Shown here: positions 49,450 through 60,078 of the stretch, one piece after another
How the letters are laid out: each line of letters opens with the position of its first letter
How positions within the stretch are numbered: position 1 is the stretch's first letter
Assembly (NCBI GenBank): GCA_965203515.1
Contig: OZ241907.1
Location: forward strand, 3,936,001 to 4,000,000
DNA: 64,000 bases
Direction of reading: 5' to 3'
DNA from: Spirochaetia bacterium
GTDB lineage: Bacteria > Spirochaetota > Spirochaetia > SZUA-6 > Bin103
Notes under the pieces: model-generated
The model's database searches: none
The model's input: the letters and a program-made list of their open reading frames with translations, nothing else
What the model was told of the DNA's origin: nothing
Position numbers and translations under genes: made by a program

Positions 49450-50531
49450 AGCGGGTCCCGGTGTTCCGCCCGACGGTCCGACGCGGGGAGCTGGACAGCG
49501 TGCTGGGCTGTCTGGTCGCGGACAAGATCGGCTCGGGCGACGGCGCGCGCGAGCTTGCCGCCGCGGTCGCCGCCGCCCTGGGTATGGCCGGCGGGATCGC
49601 GTTGGCCGACTATCGTCTGGCGCTCGTCTGCGCGCTCGCCGCGCTGGGGCTGCCGCCCGGCGCGCGCGTGCTGTGCTCGGCGTTGGCGCCGCAGGCGCAT
49701 CGGGACGCCGTCGAGTCGGGTAACCTGGTGCCGCTGGTGATCGACGTCAACCCCGATTCCGGCGTGATCGACCTGGACCTTGCGGAGGAGAAGCGCGGCA
49801 GGGCGCAGGCCGCCTTGCTGGACCATACCCTCGGGTTCGTTCCCGACCTGACGCGCGTGCGCTCGTGGGAGCTGCCGGTGATCGAGGACGTCACCTGCTC
49901 GCTGGGCGGCTACGACGGCGCGGCGTCGGCGGGGCCGCGCGGCGATCTGGCGGTCATGTCGTTGGGACATGCCGGTCTCCTGACCGCGGCGGGCGGCGCC
50001 CTGCTGCTGTGCAGGACGCGCGCCGTGCTGGCATCCGCCCGGCGGGTCGCCGAGGATCGCGCCGAGCCGCTGGCCGACCTGAACGCCGCGCTGGCGCTGG
50101 CGCAGCTCAAGCGGTACGAAGGCGACATGCGGACCCGGCGGAGCATCCGCGACGCCTATCACGCGGCGATCACCCGTACCCGCCACCGCACGTTGAGCCT
50201 GCCGCGCCGCGAGCAGGGCGGCGTGCAGGTGCCGTTCTCCTATCCGGTGGTCGTCGCTGACGGCGCGCGCGAGGTGCAGCGGTACGCAGCCCGCGCCCGG
50301 ATCGAGACCCGCCCGGCTTATGAACGCTCGATCGCGGCGTGCGTGCGCGACGCGGCCGTTCCCGGCGGGAATGCCGCCGCGGCGGACGCCGCCAGGGAGG
50401 GCGGCAGCGACGGCGGCGCCTGTCCGGCTGCCGATTCGCTGGCCCGCCGCTGCGTCCTGTTTCCGCTGTACCCGCTGCTTGGCGAATCGCGGGTCGGGGC
50501 CGTCGCCCGGATCCTGGCGACCCTGCCCTGA
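49446..50531 (+). CDS. DegT/DnrJ/EryC1/StrS-fold protein, degenerate
   Basis: PVIED...SLGG, GDLAVMSL, DLNAALALAQL and LFPLYP. The expected PLP Lys is absent. Confidence 0.75.
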   Translation: MKRVPVFRPTVRRGELDSVLGCLVADKIGSGDGARELAAAVAAALGMAGGIALADYRLALVCALAALGLPPGARVLCSALAPQAHRDAVESGNLVPLVIDVNPDSGVIDLDLAEEKRGRAQAALLDHTLGFVPDLTRVRSWELPVIEDVTCSLGGYDGAASAGPRGDLAVMSLGHAGLLTAAGGALLLCRTRAVLASARRVAEDRAEPLADLNAALALAQLKRYEGDMRTRRSIRDAYHAAITRTRHRTLSLPRREQGGVQVPFSYPVVVADGAREVQRYAARARIETRPAYERSIAACVRDAAVPGGNAAAADAAREGGSDGGACPAADSLARRCVLFPLYPLLGESRVGAVARILATLP

Positions 50532-50562
50532 GCGTCTATCGGCGGCATACGAAGGTGGAGCC

Positions 50563-51417
50563 GTGGCCGGCGCGTCCGTGAAGGTGGCCCGCGCGCTGCT
50601 GGTGCACAAACCGGGCAATCCCGACGCGGCGTTCGTCGAGGAGGTCGCCGGCTACCTGCGCGGCAGAGCGGTCGACGTACGCCGGCTCGAGGCCGATGCG
50701 CAGGCGCGCTGCGGTGAACCGCCCGACATCGCCCTGTCGCTGGGCGGCGACGGCACGCTGCTCAACTGCGCCCGGATCGTGGCGGAGCAGGAGACGCCGA
50801 TCCTGCCGGTCAACCTGGGAACGCTGGGCTTCATCACGGAGGTCGCCAAGCCGGAGTGGCGGGAAGCGTTCGAACGCTACCGCAGCGGGCGGTTGGCGGT
50901 CAGCCGCCGCGTCATGGTGGTGGCCGGCGTGATGCGCGGCGGCCGGGAGGTGGCGCGGCTGCCCGGGCTCAACGACGCGGTCATCTCGACCGGCGGCATG
51001 CCCAAGATCACGCGCCTGCAGGTGGCGCTGTCCGGCACGCCGGTCGGGCGATACCGCGCCGACGGAGTGATCCTGTCGACGCCGACCGGCTCCACCGCCT
51101 ATTCCATGGCGGCCGGCGGCCCGATCCTGCACCCGGAGATGCAGGCGCTGGTGCTCAACCCGGTCTGCCCGTTCACGCTCTCCAATCGGCCGCTGGTGGT
51201 CCCGGCCGACGAGGTCGTGGAGATCACGGTGGAGGAGCCGCAGCGCACCGCGGTGATGTTGACCGTCGACGGCCAGCGGTCGGTGCCGCTCCAACCCGGC
51301 GATCGGGTGGTGCTCCGGCGCTACGAACACTCGGCGCTGATCATCCAGTCCGACCGGCGGAACTTCTACGAGGTGCTGCGGCACAAGCTGCACTGGGCGG
51401 GGGAGCCGGGTGCTTGA
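50563..51417 (+). CDS. nadK: NAD kinase
   Basis: SLGGDGTLL, NLGTLGFI, LND and DGVILSTPTGSTAYSMAAGGP motifs. Confidence 0.95.
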   Translation: MAGASVKVARALLVHKPGNPDAAFVEEVAGYLRGRAVDVRRLEADAQARCGEPPDIALSLGGDGTLLNCARIVAEQETPILPVNLGTLGFITEVAKPEWREAFERYRSGRLAVSRRVMVVAGVMRGGREVARLPGLNDAVISTGGMPKITRLQVALSGTPVGRYRADGVILSTPTGSTAYSMAAGGPILHPEMQALVLNPVCPFTLSNRPLVVPADEVVEITVEEPQRTAVMLTVDGQRSVPLQPGDRVVLRRYEHSALIIQSDRRNFYEVLRHKLHWAGEPGA

Positions 51418-53086
51418 AGCGCTCCACATCCGCGGCTATGCCCTGATCGACGCCATCGACCTGACCTTCGGTCCGGGCCTGACCGCGATCACCGGCGAGA
51501 CCGGCTCCGGCAAGTCGATCATCATCGGCGCGCTGGGCGTGGCCATCGGCGCGCGCATCACCGTCGACGAGATCCGTTCGGGGGCGGAACGTTGCGAGGT
51601 GACCGCGGTGTTCGATACGCCGGACGCGCCGGAGGTCGACCGCTGGCTGCGCTCACGCTCGATCGAGCTGGACGGAGAGCCGCTCCACCTGCGGCGCGTG
51701 GCTCGCCGGCGGGGCCGGGGAACCGCGTTCGTCCAGTCGGTACCGGTTCCGTTGGCGGATTACACCGAGCTGGGACGCCTGCTGCTGGCGATCCACGGGC
51801 AGCACCGGCATCAGGCGTTGCTGTCGGCGGCCGAGCAGCGGCGGTTGCTGGACCGATACGCCGACGTGGAGGAACAGGTGGCCGCGATCGCTGCCGAGAC
51901 GCGCGGCCTCACCGAGGTCGAGCAGCGTCTGGATCGGTTGCGGAGCGGCCTGGAGCGCGCCGCGCGCGACCGCGAGCTCCTGGAGCATGCTGCGGCGGAG
52001 ATCGATCGGGCGGGGCTCCGCGACGGCGAAGAGCAGGAGCTGGCCGACCGGCAACGGGTGCTGCGCAACGCGGAACGGATCCAGCGGCTGCTGGCCGATG
52101 CCAAGGCCGCCACCGCCGAGGCGCAGGGCGGCGCCGGCGCCGATCTGCGCGCCGCGCTGCACGCGATCGGCGAGCTCGCCTCCATCGATGACCGCTTCGA
52201 CGCGCTCGCCCGGCAGGTGGAGACCACGCTGTATGAAGTCGAAGACATCACCGACGCGCTCGCCCGGGCGGCCGACGACACCGTGGACCCGGGTGAGCTG
52301 CTTGCGGTCGAGGATCGACTGGCGGCGATCCGCGCCGTGACGCGCCGGTACGGGGGGACCGAGGCGGCTGCGCTGGCGCACGCCGGCGACTGCCGGCGCC
52401 GGCTCGACGGCTTGGCGTCGGCCGGCGAGGAGATCGCCGGCCACGTCGAGCGCGCGGCGGCGCTGGAGCGATCGCTTCGAGCCGCCGCGACCGCCCTCAG
52501 CTCCGCCCGCACGCGCGCGGCGGCCGACTTGGCGCGCTCGGTGCAGGCGGAGCTGCGCCGGCTCGGGATGCCGCGGGCGCGGTTCTCGGTCGGCGTCGCG
52601 CCGCGCCCGGACGGGCGCGGCGCGACCGGAGCGGACGCCGTGGAGTTCCTGTTTCAGGCCAACCCGGGCGAGGAGCTGGCGCCGCTGCGTTCGGTGGCCG
52701 CCGGCGGCGAGCTGTCACGGGTGATGCTGGCGCTCAACGCGGTGCCGGCTCGCGTCGGCGGCGCGCCGACCGCTGTCTTCGATGAGATCGACGCCGGCGT
52801 CGGCGGACAGATCGGCGTCGCGATCGGCGAGCGCCTGCGCCGCATCGCCGAGCGGCGGCAGGTGCTGTGCATCACGCATCTGGCTACCGTGGCCGCGCGG
52901 GCGGACGCGCACCTCAAGGTGGAGAAGCGGACCTCCGGAGAGCGCAGCTCGGTGACCGCGGCGCCCGTCGACGGCGCCGCTCGGGTCGATGAGCTTGCCC
53001 GCATGCTGGCCGGCGACCACGGCGACGAGGTCACGCAACGACATGCGTCGCTGCTGCTGGAAACCGCGCGGCGGCCGTCCGGCTGA
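51410..53086 (+). CDS. recN: DNA repair protein RecN
   Basis: ITGETGSGKS, IHGQH, coiled coil, GGELSRVMLA, FDEIDAGVGG and QVLCITHL. Confidence 0.95.
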   Translation: MLEALHIRGYALIDAIDLTFGPGLTAITGETGSGKSIIIGALGVAIGARITVDEIRSGAERCEVTAVFDTPDAPEVDRWLRSRSIELDGEPLHLRRVARRRGRGTAFVQSVPVPLADYTELGRLLLAIHGQHRHQALLSAAEQRRLLDRYADVEEQVAAIAAETRGLTEVEQRLDRLRSGLERAARDRELLEHAAAEIDRAGLRDGEEQELADRQRVLRNAERIQRLLADAKAATAEAQGGAGADLRAALHAIGELASIDDRFDALARQVETTLYEVEDITDALARAADDTVDPGELLAVEDRLAAIRAVTRRYGGTEAAALAHAGDCRRRLDGLASAGEEIAGHVERAAALERSLRAAATALSSARTRAAADLARSVQAELRRLGMPRARFSVGVAPRPDGRGATGADAVEFLFQANPGEELAPLRSVAAGGELSRVMLALNAVPARVGGAPTAVFDEIDAGVGGQIGVAIGERLRRIAERRQVLCITHLATVAARADAHLKVEKRTSGERSSVTAAPVDGAARVDELARMLAGDHGDEVTQRHASLLLETARRPSG

Positions 53087-53112
53087 GCGACGGCCGTCCG
53101 GCCGAGCCGATG

Positions 53113-53481
53113 CTACCGGGGCCGCTCGCTACCGGGCTGCTCGCTACCGCCGTCGGACTGCTCGTCCGCCTCGGCGGGCGGGTCTTCCACCAGCGTGAAG
53201 GGACGGATGCGGGAGCCCGAGTCCGCGGCGAACTCCTCGATCAGGGAGACGGTCTGAAACGGGATCATCAGGTGCGACGCATCGCCGAAGGTGCGGCGGA
53301 TCTCCTCCTCGGAGGGATTGATGATGAGCTTCTCACCCTCCTTGAAGACGATTCCCTTGATCGACACGAAGTAGGGGTGCGTGAGGTCCAGACTCTCCGC
53401 CACCAACTGCACCTCTTTGTTCCGCCACCTGAAGTGTACTCGATATAGGGTCACTGGCTTCTCTGCGTCGCGACTCTCCAC
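53113..53481 (-). CDS. DUF1820-like protein
   Basis: LYRVHF...FVSIKGIVF...IINPSEEEIRRTF...IPFQTVSLIEE. Start uncertain. Confidence 0.65.
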   Translation of the reverse strand: MESRDAEKPVTLYRVHFRWRNKEVQLVAESLDLTHPYFVSIKGIVFKEGEKLIINPSEEEIRRTFGDASHLMIPFQTVSLIEEFAADSGSRIRPFTLVEDPPAEADEQSDGGSEQPGSERPR

Positions 53482-53566
53482 AAGGTACGTGCGTCCCGTC
53501 CGCTCTGTCAATCGGCGGCCGGAGACGACGGGGACGACGACCGACAAGCCAAACAATTGTTTACCG

Positions 53567-53630
53567 TTGACAGCATGGTAGGCCATCCCAATACTGAGCG
53601 GCTTGGTGGGAGGAATCGGGATTCAATCCC
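53567..53630 (+). promoter_or_regulatory. dcw (mraZ) promoter with possible MraZ boxes
   Basis: TTGACA (53567-53572), 17 nt, AATACT (53590-53595). Downstream GTGGG and TCGGG lie 10 bp apart, followed by the inverted repeat GGGATTCAATCCC. Confidence 0.65.
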
Positions 53631-53691
53631 ATAACGACGGGAATGCGGAGCCGCGCCCGGCAGCGGCCGCCTTCACTCCGGAGATGGCGGC

Positions 53692-54132
53692 GTGATCTCG
53701 GGCGAGTACCGTTACGCCCTTGACGAGAAGGCGCGGCTCATGGTGCCGGCGCCGATCCGCAAGGAGATCGCGGGCAACAAGCTCTGGGCGACCCGCGGGA
53801 TCGAACGATGTCTCATGCTCTTTCCGCCCGACGCGTGGGATGAGTTCTCGAAGAAGCTGGCCGAGAAATTGCCGCAGCTGCAGGCTCGGGGCCGGATGAT
53901 CCGGCGGCGGCTCCTGGCTCCCGCGAAGGAGGTGGAGATCGACCGGACCGGCCGGATCGTCGTTCCGTCCTCTCTGCGGACCTACGCGGGCCTGGACAAG
54001 GACTGCATCGTGCTGGGAATCGACACCTACCTGGAGGTCTGGGACGAGGAGACCTATCGCGACTACGAATCGGAGACCAACGACCTCTACCGGGAGGCCG
54101 TCGACGAAATTGGCGACAGCATCCAGCTCTGA
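53692..54132 (+). CDS. mraZ: Division/cell wall cluster transcriptional repressor MraZ
   Basis: GEYRYALDEKARLMVP, IDRTGRIVVP and LEVWD motifs. Confidence 0.93.
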   Translation: MISGEYRYALDEKARLMVPAPIRKEIAGNKLWATRGIERCLMLFPPDAWDEFSKKLAEKLPQLQARGRMIRRRLLAPAKEVEIDRTGRIVVPSSLRTYAGLDKDCIVLGIDTYLEVWDEETYRDYESETNDLYREAVDEIGDSIQL

Positions 54133-55012
54133 TGGCGGCCATGGTGAAGCGATCCACGTTCCGGTACTGCTGCAGGCGGTGGTCGACCGGCTGCAGCCGC
54201 CGCGTCCGCGCAGCACGTTCGTCGACGTCACCCTGGGGGAAGCCGGCCACGCCGCGGCCATGCTGGCCCGTTACCCGGACATCACGCTGCTCGGCTCCGA
54301 TGCCGACGCCGCGCTGCTGGACCGCAGCCGCGACCGGCTCAGCGCCTACGCCGGCCGGTTTCGGCTGCGGCAGGCGTGGTCCGATGAGGCGCTGGGGGCG
54401 TTGGACCCCGGCAGCGTGGAGCTGATCCTCATGGACCTGGGTATGTGCCGCTTCCACGTCGAGCGCAGCGCGCGCGGCTTCTCGTTCCTGCGCGACCAAC
54501 CGCTCGACATGCGCTTCGACCCGCGCCGCGGCGCGTCCGCCGCCGAGCTGGTGCACCGCAGCTCGCGGTCCGAGTTGTGCGATCTGCTGGCCCGCTTCGG
54601 CGGCGACCGCAACGCACGGGCGCACGCGCTGGCGATCGAGCGCGCGCGCCGGCGGCAGCCGATCGAAACTACCTATCAACTCGCCCGCGCCATCCTGGCC
54701 GCCACCCCGTGGCGGGGCGGCGGACGTCATCCCGCCGCCCAGGTCTTCCAGGCGTTGCGCGTGGCCGTCAATGACGAGGTCGGGAGGTTGCGGCGTTCGC
54801 TCGCCGCCGCCGCCCGATCGCTGCGTCCGGGCGGCCGCCTCGCCGTGATCGCCTTTCACTCGATCGACGACGGCATCGTGAAGCGGTATCCGGCCGAGGA
54901 CCCCGGGGTGGCGGCGGTGACCGGACGGCCGGAGATGCCGGCGGGCGACGAGGTGCGGGCCAATCCCGCGTCGCGCAGCGCCCGCCTGCGCGTGCTGGAG
55001 CGACTGCCGTGA
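54110..55012 (+). CDS. rsmH: 16S rRNA m4C1402 methyltransferase
   Basis: HVPVLL, RGFSF, PLDMR, HPAAQVFQALRVAVN, IAFHS and NPASRSARLR motifs. Confidence 0.94.
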   Translation: MATASSSDGGHGEAIHVPVLLQAVVDRLQPPRPRSTFVDVTLGEAGHAAAMLARYPDITLLGSDADAALLDRSRDRLSAYAGRFRLRQAWSDEALGALDPGSVELILMDLGMCRFHVERSARGFSFLRDQPLDMRFDPRRGASAAELVHRSSRSELCDLLARFGGDRNARAHALAIERARRRQPIETTYQLARAILAATPWRGGGRHPAAQVFQALRVAVNDEVGRLRRSLAAAARSLRPGGRLAVIAFHSIDDGIVKRYPAEDPGVAAVTGRPEMPAGDEVRANPASRSARLRVLERLP

Positions 55013-55377
55013 CCCTCACCACCGGCCGCCAGCGGCTGCTGGCGATCTTCGTGGCGCTGATGTTACCGCTGGCGGTGCTGATGACCACGTGGAGCGGGCT
55101 GCACCGCCATCTGCTGGCCGAGGAGCTGCAGGCGCTGGAGCGCGAACAGTCGGCGTGGCTGGAGCAGAACAAGCGCCTGCTGACGAAGATCGCGATCTAC
55201 CGATCGCCGCAGCGCATATCGGTGCTGGCCGAGCGCGACCTGGGTCTGACGCCGATCAGCGCCGAGCACCTGACCATCGTCGAGCCGGCCGCGGCCGCCG
55301 TCGAACAGGCCGCCGTCGAACAAGCCGCCGTCGAACGGCCGGCCGGCGTCGCGCGGCGGGAGGCGGCGGCGCGATGA
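55009..55377 (+). CDS. ftsL: Cell division protein FtsL-like
   Basis: One TM plus coiled coil and SPQRI..LA...LGL, positioned after rsmH. Confidence 0.75.
   Translation: MTLTTGRQRLLAIFVALMLPLAVLMTTWSGLHRHLLAEELQALEREQSAWLEQNKRLLTKIAIYRSPQRISVLAERDLGLTPISAEHLTIVEPAAAAVEQAAVEQAAVERPAGVARREAAAR
55294..55338. repeat. 15-bp tandem repeat x3 (AAVEQ) at the FtsL C-terminus
   Basis: GCCGCCGTCGAAC at 55294, 55309 and 55324. Confidence 0.88.
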
Positions 55378-56765
55378 ACTACACCGTGCATGAGATCGCC
55401 GGCATGCTCGGTGCCGGATTGCGCGGCCGCTCCGGCGCGCGCGTGAGCGCGGTCACCAACGACTCGCGCGAGGCGCGCTCCGGGTCGCTGTTCGTCGCCC
55501 TGCCCGGTCAGCACGCCGACGGCCACGACTTCGTGGACGACGCCTTTCGGCGAGGAGCGACAGCGGCGCTGGTGCGCCGGGACCGTCACGTCGAGTCCCG
55601 CGAGCACGGCGCGCTGATCGCGGTCGACGACCCGTTGACCGCGCTCTACGACTTGGCCCGCAGGCACGGCGCGGCCCACGGCGCCGCCGTACGCATCGCC
55701 GTCACCGGCAGCAGCGGCAAGACCACCACCAAGGAAATCCTGGGAGCGATACTGCGCCGGCACGACCGCAGTCTGATCTCCGAAGCGTCGTTCAACGCCG
55801 AGATCGGGCTGCCGATGTCGGTGCTGCGCATGGCCGGCGACGAGCGGTACGCGGTGTTCGAGGTCGGCATCGACTCCGTGGGCGAGATGGAGCGCTACGC
55901 GGCGCTCGCGCAGCCCGACCACGCGGTGATCACCAACGTGGGCAGCGCCCACGTCGGCCGCATCGGCAGCCGGCGCGACATCGCCCGAGAGAAGGGCGCG
56001 TTGTTACGGTCGGTCGCGCCGTCCGGGCGCGTCTACGTGCGCGAGCGGGAACCGGAGGCCGATCGGTTGCTGGCCGACGTGCGCGCCAAGGTCGTTCGGT
56101 TTGGATCGAATTCGACGACCGGGTATGAGAGAAGCGAGAATCTGGGGCTGCATGGCTGGGTCATCCACTGGGAGGAGCTCCAGATCCGGTTCTCTCTACC
56201 CGGTCGCCATAACCTCGACAACGCCTTGGCGGCGCTGTCGGTGGCGTCGGAGCTTCAGTGCGATCCGCGCACCGTCGCCGCCGGCATCGAGGCGGTGCGG
56301 CCGGCGCCGGGTCGCCTGTGCGTCCATCGTGCGCGGTGCACGGTCATCCACGACGGCTACAACGCCAACCCGGAGTCGGTCCGGGCCGCTCTGGCGGTGC
56401 TGCGCGACGCGGGACCGCCGCCCGGACCCGATCGGCGCGCCGTTCGCCGGGTGGCGGTGCTGGGACCGATGCTGGAGCTGGGCCGCTACGGCCCCCGCGC
56501 GCATCTCGACCTGTTGCCGCCGCTGATCGAAGCCGGGATCGATGTCCTGTGCTGCTTCGGTGCGGCCACGCGTGCGCTCTGTCGCTCATTTGCGGGCGCG
56601 GCCGGCGGCGCCTCGGACCGCGCGATCTGGACGGAGACGATCGAAGAGATCGACGACCGGCTGCGTGACGTCGTCCGGGACGGCGACCTGGTGCTGCTGA
56701 AGGCATCGCGCGCCTTTCGCATCGAACGGCTGCTCCCGGCGTTGGGCGCCGGCGAGGGCCGGTAG
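55374..56765 (+). CDS. murF: UDP-N-acetylmuramoyl-tripeptide--D-alanyl-D-alanine ligase
   Basis: DSR, DGHDF, VTGSSGKTTTKE, FNAEIGLP, DGYNANPES, MLELG and LLKASR motifs. Confidence 0.94.
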   Translation: MNYTVHEIAGMLGAGLRGRSGARVSAVTNDSREARSGSLFVALPGQHADGHDFVDDAFRRGATAALVRRDRHVESREHGALIAVDDPLTALYDLARRHGAAHGAAVRIAVTGSSGKTTTKEILGAILRRHDRSLISEASFNAEIGLPMSVLRMAGDERYAVFEVGIDSVGEMERYAALAQPDHAVITNVGSAHVGRIGSRRDIAREKGALLRSVAPSGRVYVREREPEADRLLADVRAKVVRFGSNSTTGYERSENLGLHGWVIHWEELQIRFSLPGRHNLDNALAALSVASELQCDPRTVAAGIEAVRPAPGRLCVHRARCTVIHDGYNANPESVRAALAVLRDAGPPPGPDRRAVRRVAVLGPMLELGRYGPRAHLDLLPPLIEAGIDVLCCFGAATRALCRSFAGAAGGASDRAIWTETIEEIDDRLRDVVRDGDLVLLKASRAFRIERLLPALGAGEGR

Positions 56766-56773
56766 CGATCGCC

Positions 56774-58000
56774 ATGGCAAACGGTGACATGCCGGCGGGG
56801 CAGCGCCCGACCGACCTGACGTTGCTCGTCATCCTGATCACGCTCACCGGCATCGGGCTGGGGGTGCTCCTGTCGGCGTCGCACTCCTACGGGCAGCGGG
56901 TGTTCGGCGACTCGCTCTACTTCGTGCGGCGTCAAGCGCTGTTCATCGTGCTCGGGACGATCGCCGCCGTGGTCGGCTCGCGGCTCGACGGCAAGGTCCT
57001 CAAGCGCGTGTCGATACCGCTGCTGGCATTGGCGGCCGTGCTGATGGTGCTCACGCTGATCCCCGGCGTCAGCCGGCCGATCATGGGGGCGCGGCGCTGG
57101 TTGCTGGTGGCCGGGATGTCGTTCGAGCCGTCGGAGCTGGTCAAGTTCGCGCTGGTCCTCTATCTGGCGTCGATGTTGTCGCGCAAGTACGAGGCGCGCA
57201 CCGATGCCGTGAACACGCTGCTGCCGCCGGTCATCGTGGTCTGCATCTTCGCGGCGCTGATCTACTTGCAGAACGACTTTTCCACCGCCGCGCTGCTGAT
57301 GCTGGTGACCGCCATCATTTTCTTCGTGGCGCGCGTGCAGTTCCGGTACTTCGTCGCCCTGGCGTTGGTCAGCATCCCGTTGGCGGTGGTCATGGTCTTC
57401 ACCCGCGTCCATCGCGTGCAGCGGGTGATCGCGTTCTTCAATCCGGAGTCCGACCCGACCGGATCGGGATATCAGGTGCTGCAGGCGCGGAACGCGCTCA
57501 CCTCCGGAGGGCTGACCGGCCTCGGCCTCGGGCAGGGCGTCCGCAAGCTCGGCGACGTTCCGGAGATCCACTCCGACTTCGTGTTCGCCGTGGTCGGCGA
57601 GGAGGCGGGACTGATCGGCGTCGTGATCGTGTTGGCGCTGTTCGTGGCGTTCGCCTCCCGCGGCTATCGGATAGCGGGAATGGCTCGGGACCGTTTCGAC
57701 GCCTACCTCGCGTGCGGCGTCACCACCTCCGTAACGGTGCAGGCGTTGGCTAACATCGCCGTGGTCGCCGGCCTGCTGCCGGCGACCGGGATTCCGTTGC
57801 CGCTGTTCTCTTCCGGCGGCTCCGCCATGGTGATGACCTTGGCGATGGCAGGCGTCCTCTGCGGCATCAGCCGGCGCTCGGCCGGCGGGGCCATTGCGTC
57901 CGGCGGGGCCACAGCGGCTGGCGGGGCCACAGCGGTCGGCGGGGCGACTGCGGCCGGCGGGACCGCCCGGCTCCGGCCGGCAGGACCGCGCCGTGCGTAG
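56774..58000 (+). CDS. ftsW: Peptidoglycan glycosyltransferase FtsW
   Basis: GARRW, EPSELVK, PEIHSDFVFAVVGEE and PATGIPLPLFSSGGS motifs. Confidence 0.94.
   Translation: MANGDMPAGQRPTDLTLLVILITLTGIGLGVLLSASHSYGQRVFGDSLYFVRRQALFIVLGTIAAVVGSRLDGKVLKRVSIPLLALAAVLMVLTLIPGVSRPIMGARRWLLVAGMSFEPSELVKFALVLYLASMLSRKYEARTDAVNTLLPPVIVVCIFAALIYLQNDFSTAALLMLVTAIIFFVARVQFRYFVALALVSIPLAVVMVFTRVHRVQRVIAFFNPESDPTGSGYQVLQARNALTSGGLTGLGLGQGVRKLGDVPEIHSDFVFAVVGEEAGLIGVVIVLALFVAFASRGYRIAGMARDRFDAYLACGVTTSVTVQALANIAVVAGLLPATGIPLPLFSSGGSAMVMTLAMAGVLCGISRRSAGGAIASGGATAAGGATAVGGATAAGGTARLRPAGPRRA
57884..57961. repeat. 18-bp degenerate tandem repeat x4 (GGATAA) at the FtsW C-terminus
   Basis: GGCGGGGC-initiated units at 57884, 57902, 57920 and 57938. 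Confidence 0.8.
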
Positions 58001-58808
58001 GGCTGCGCGCGTCGTGCTGTTGGCCGGGGGCGTGGTGGCGCTGGGACTCCTGACGCAGGTATTGTTCAGCGGTCTCATCGCCCCGAAGCTTCTGATCAGG
58101 AAGATCGTCGTGCATGGCGACCTGCCGTTGTCGACCGTTGCGCTGACGCGCCTGGCCGGGCTCGACGGCAGCGATCACGTGTTCGACGTCGATACGGAGG
58201 CGGTCGCCGAACGGATCGCCGCGCATCCGATGGTGCAATCGGCATCGGTGCGCACGCGGATTCCCGGCACGCTGGAGGTCAACGTCGTGCGGCGCCGGCC
58301 GCTGGCGATGGCGCTGGCCACGATCGACGATCGCAGCGTGGCGGTGGTGTTCGACGCGTCCGGGGTCATCATCCAGGTCGATCCGGTCTCGATCCCGGAG
58401 CTGCCGGTCGTGTCCGGGCTGCAGTTCGTCCGGCGGCCGCGGCCGGGGGTCACCCTCCCGGACGATCTGTTGCCGGCGATCGCCGCCCTGGCTTCCATCC
58501 GCGACGGCGATTCGCGGCTGTACGGGCTGATCTCGGAGTTGGTGGTGACGACCACCGATGCCGGCATGCTCGACCTGTCGTTCTATCCCAGCATCTATCC
58601 GGTCGCGGTGCGGTTGGGACCGCGTCTCGACGTGGAAGCGGTCAGACACGCCTTCGTGGCGCTCGACGTGCTCGACGCCGACGGCGCGCAGATGCCGTCG
58701 GAGATCGATTTCCGCGCCGGCGAGGCGGTCTACGTCGAGTCGACCGGCGCCGGATCGCAGGTGGCCGCGCCGCGCGCGGCCGCCGGGCGCCCGAAGGGAG
58801 GAGGGTAA
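57993..58808 (+). CDS. ftsQ: Cell division protein FtsQ/DivIB
   Basis: One TM, POTRA-like HPMVQSASVRTRIPGTLEVNV and IDFR. Lies between ftsW and ftsA. Confidence 0.85.
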   Translation: MRRAARVVLLAGGVVALGLLTQVLFSGLIAPKLLIRKIVVHGDLPLSTVALTRLAGLDGSDHVFDVDTEAVAERIAAHPMVQSASVRTRIPGTLEVNVVRRRPLAMALATIDDRSVAVVFDASGVIIQVDPVSIPELPVVSGLQFVRRPRPGVTLPDDLLPAIAALASIRDGDSRLYGLISELVVTTTDAGMLDLSFYPSIYPVAVRLGPRLDVEAVRHAFVALDVLDADGAQMPSEIDFRAGEAVYVESTGAGSQVAAPRAAAGRPKGGG

Positions 58809-58810
58809 CG

Positions 58811-60049
58811 TTGGCACGAGACGAGCTGATCGTCGGCTTGGACATCGGCACCAGCAAGGTGTGCGCGATCATCGCGCAGGTCGGCCACGACGGCCGGATG
58901 GAGATCATCGGCGTCGGCAACACCCCGTCGCGGGGGCTGCGGCGCGGCGTGGTCATCAACATCGACGCCACCGTCCGGTCGGTTCTGAACGCCGTGGAGG
59001 CCGCCGAGATGATGTCCGGCCGCGAAGTCACGGGAGCCTTCGCCGGTATCGCCGGAGGCCATATCGAGGGGGTCAACTCCCGCGGGGTAGTGGCGGTCAC
59101 CGGCAAAGACCGGGAGATCACCCGCGAGGACGTGGACCGGGTGATCGACGCCGCCAAGGCGATCGTCATACCGATGGACCGCGAGGTCGTCCACGTCATC
59201 CCGCAGGAGTTCACCGTCGACCAGCAGGACGGCGTACGCGACCCGCTCGGCATGGTCGGCGTGCGGTTGGAGGCCGAGGTCCACGTCATCACCGGTGCGG
59301 TGTCGTCGGCGCAGAACATCATCCGCTGCGTCAATCGGGCCGGCGTCAAGGCCGACGACATCGTCCTGGAGCCGCTGGCGGCCGCCGAGGCGGTATTGAC
59401 CAAGGATGAGCGGGAACTGGGCGTGCTGCTGGTCGACATCGGCGGCGGCACCACCGACATCCTGGTCTACCTGGACGGGGCGCCGTATCACACCGACGTG
59501 CTCGCCCTCGGCGGCGACCAGGTCACCAGCGACATTTCGATCATGCTGAAGACGCCGCTGGAGGTGGCCGAGCGTCTGAAGCACGAGGCCGGGAGCTGTC
59601 GGCCGGACGATACGGAGGACCAGGAGATCGAAGCGAGCATTCCCGGCGTCGGCGGCCGGCCGGCGCGGCCGATCAAGCGAAGCCGCCTCACGGAGATCAT
59701 CCGGCCGCGCATGACGGAGGTGTTCGGCATGGTGAAGGACCAACTCGACCGTTCCGGTTACCTGAAGCTGCTGAGCGGGGGAGCCGTGCTCACCGGCGGC
59801 GGCGCGTTGCTGCCCGGAGCCGCGGAGTTGGCGACCGAGGTACTGGGGCTGCCGGCCCGCATCGGCTATCCGACGACGCTGGGCGGACTGGTGGAGGAGT
59901 ATCGCAGTCCGCAGTTCGCGACCGGGGTAGGGTTGGTGCTGTACGGCCGCGGCAAGCGGGGGCCGGAGCATTTCGACATGAACACCAGCGAAAGCGGATA
60001 CGACAGCGTATGGGATCGCATGAAGCGCTGGTTCCGCGAATTCATCTGA
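58811..60049 (+). CDS. ftsA: Cell division protein FtsA
   Basis: [23 protein letters not shown] and LTGGG motifs. TTG start with a strong SD. Confidence 0.97.
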   Translation: MARDELIVGLDIGTSKVCAIIAQVGHDGRMEIIGVGNTPSRGLRRGVVINIDATVRSVLNAVEAAEMMSGREVTGAFAGIAGGHIEGVNSRGVVAVTGKDREITREDVDRVIDAAKAIVIPMDREVVHVIPQEFTVDQQDGVRDPLGMVGVRLEAEVHVITGAVSSAQNIIRCVNRAGVKADDIVLEPLAAAEAVLTKDERELGVLLVDIGGGTTDILVYLDGAPYHTDVLALGGDQVTSDISIMLKTPLEVAERLKHEAGSCRPDDTEDQEIEASIPGVGGRPARPIKRSRLTEIIRPRMTEVFGMVKDQLDRSGYLKLLSGGAVLTGGGALLPGAAELATEVLGLPARIGYPTTLGGLVEEYRSPQFATGVGLVLYGRGKRGPEHFDMNTSESGYDSVWDRMKRWFREFI

Positions 60050-60078
60050 GGTATCGAGCATCGAAAGGAGGGGAAACG

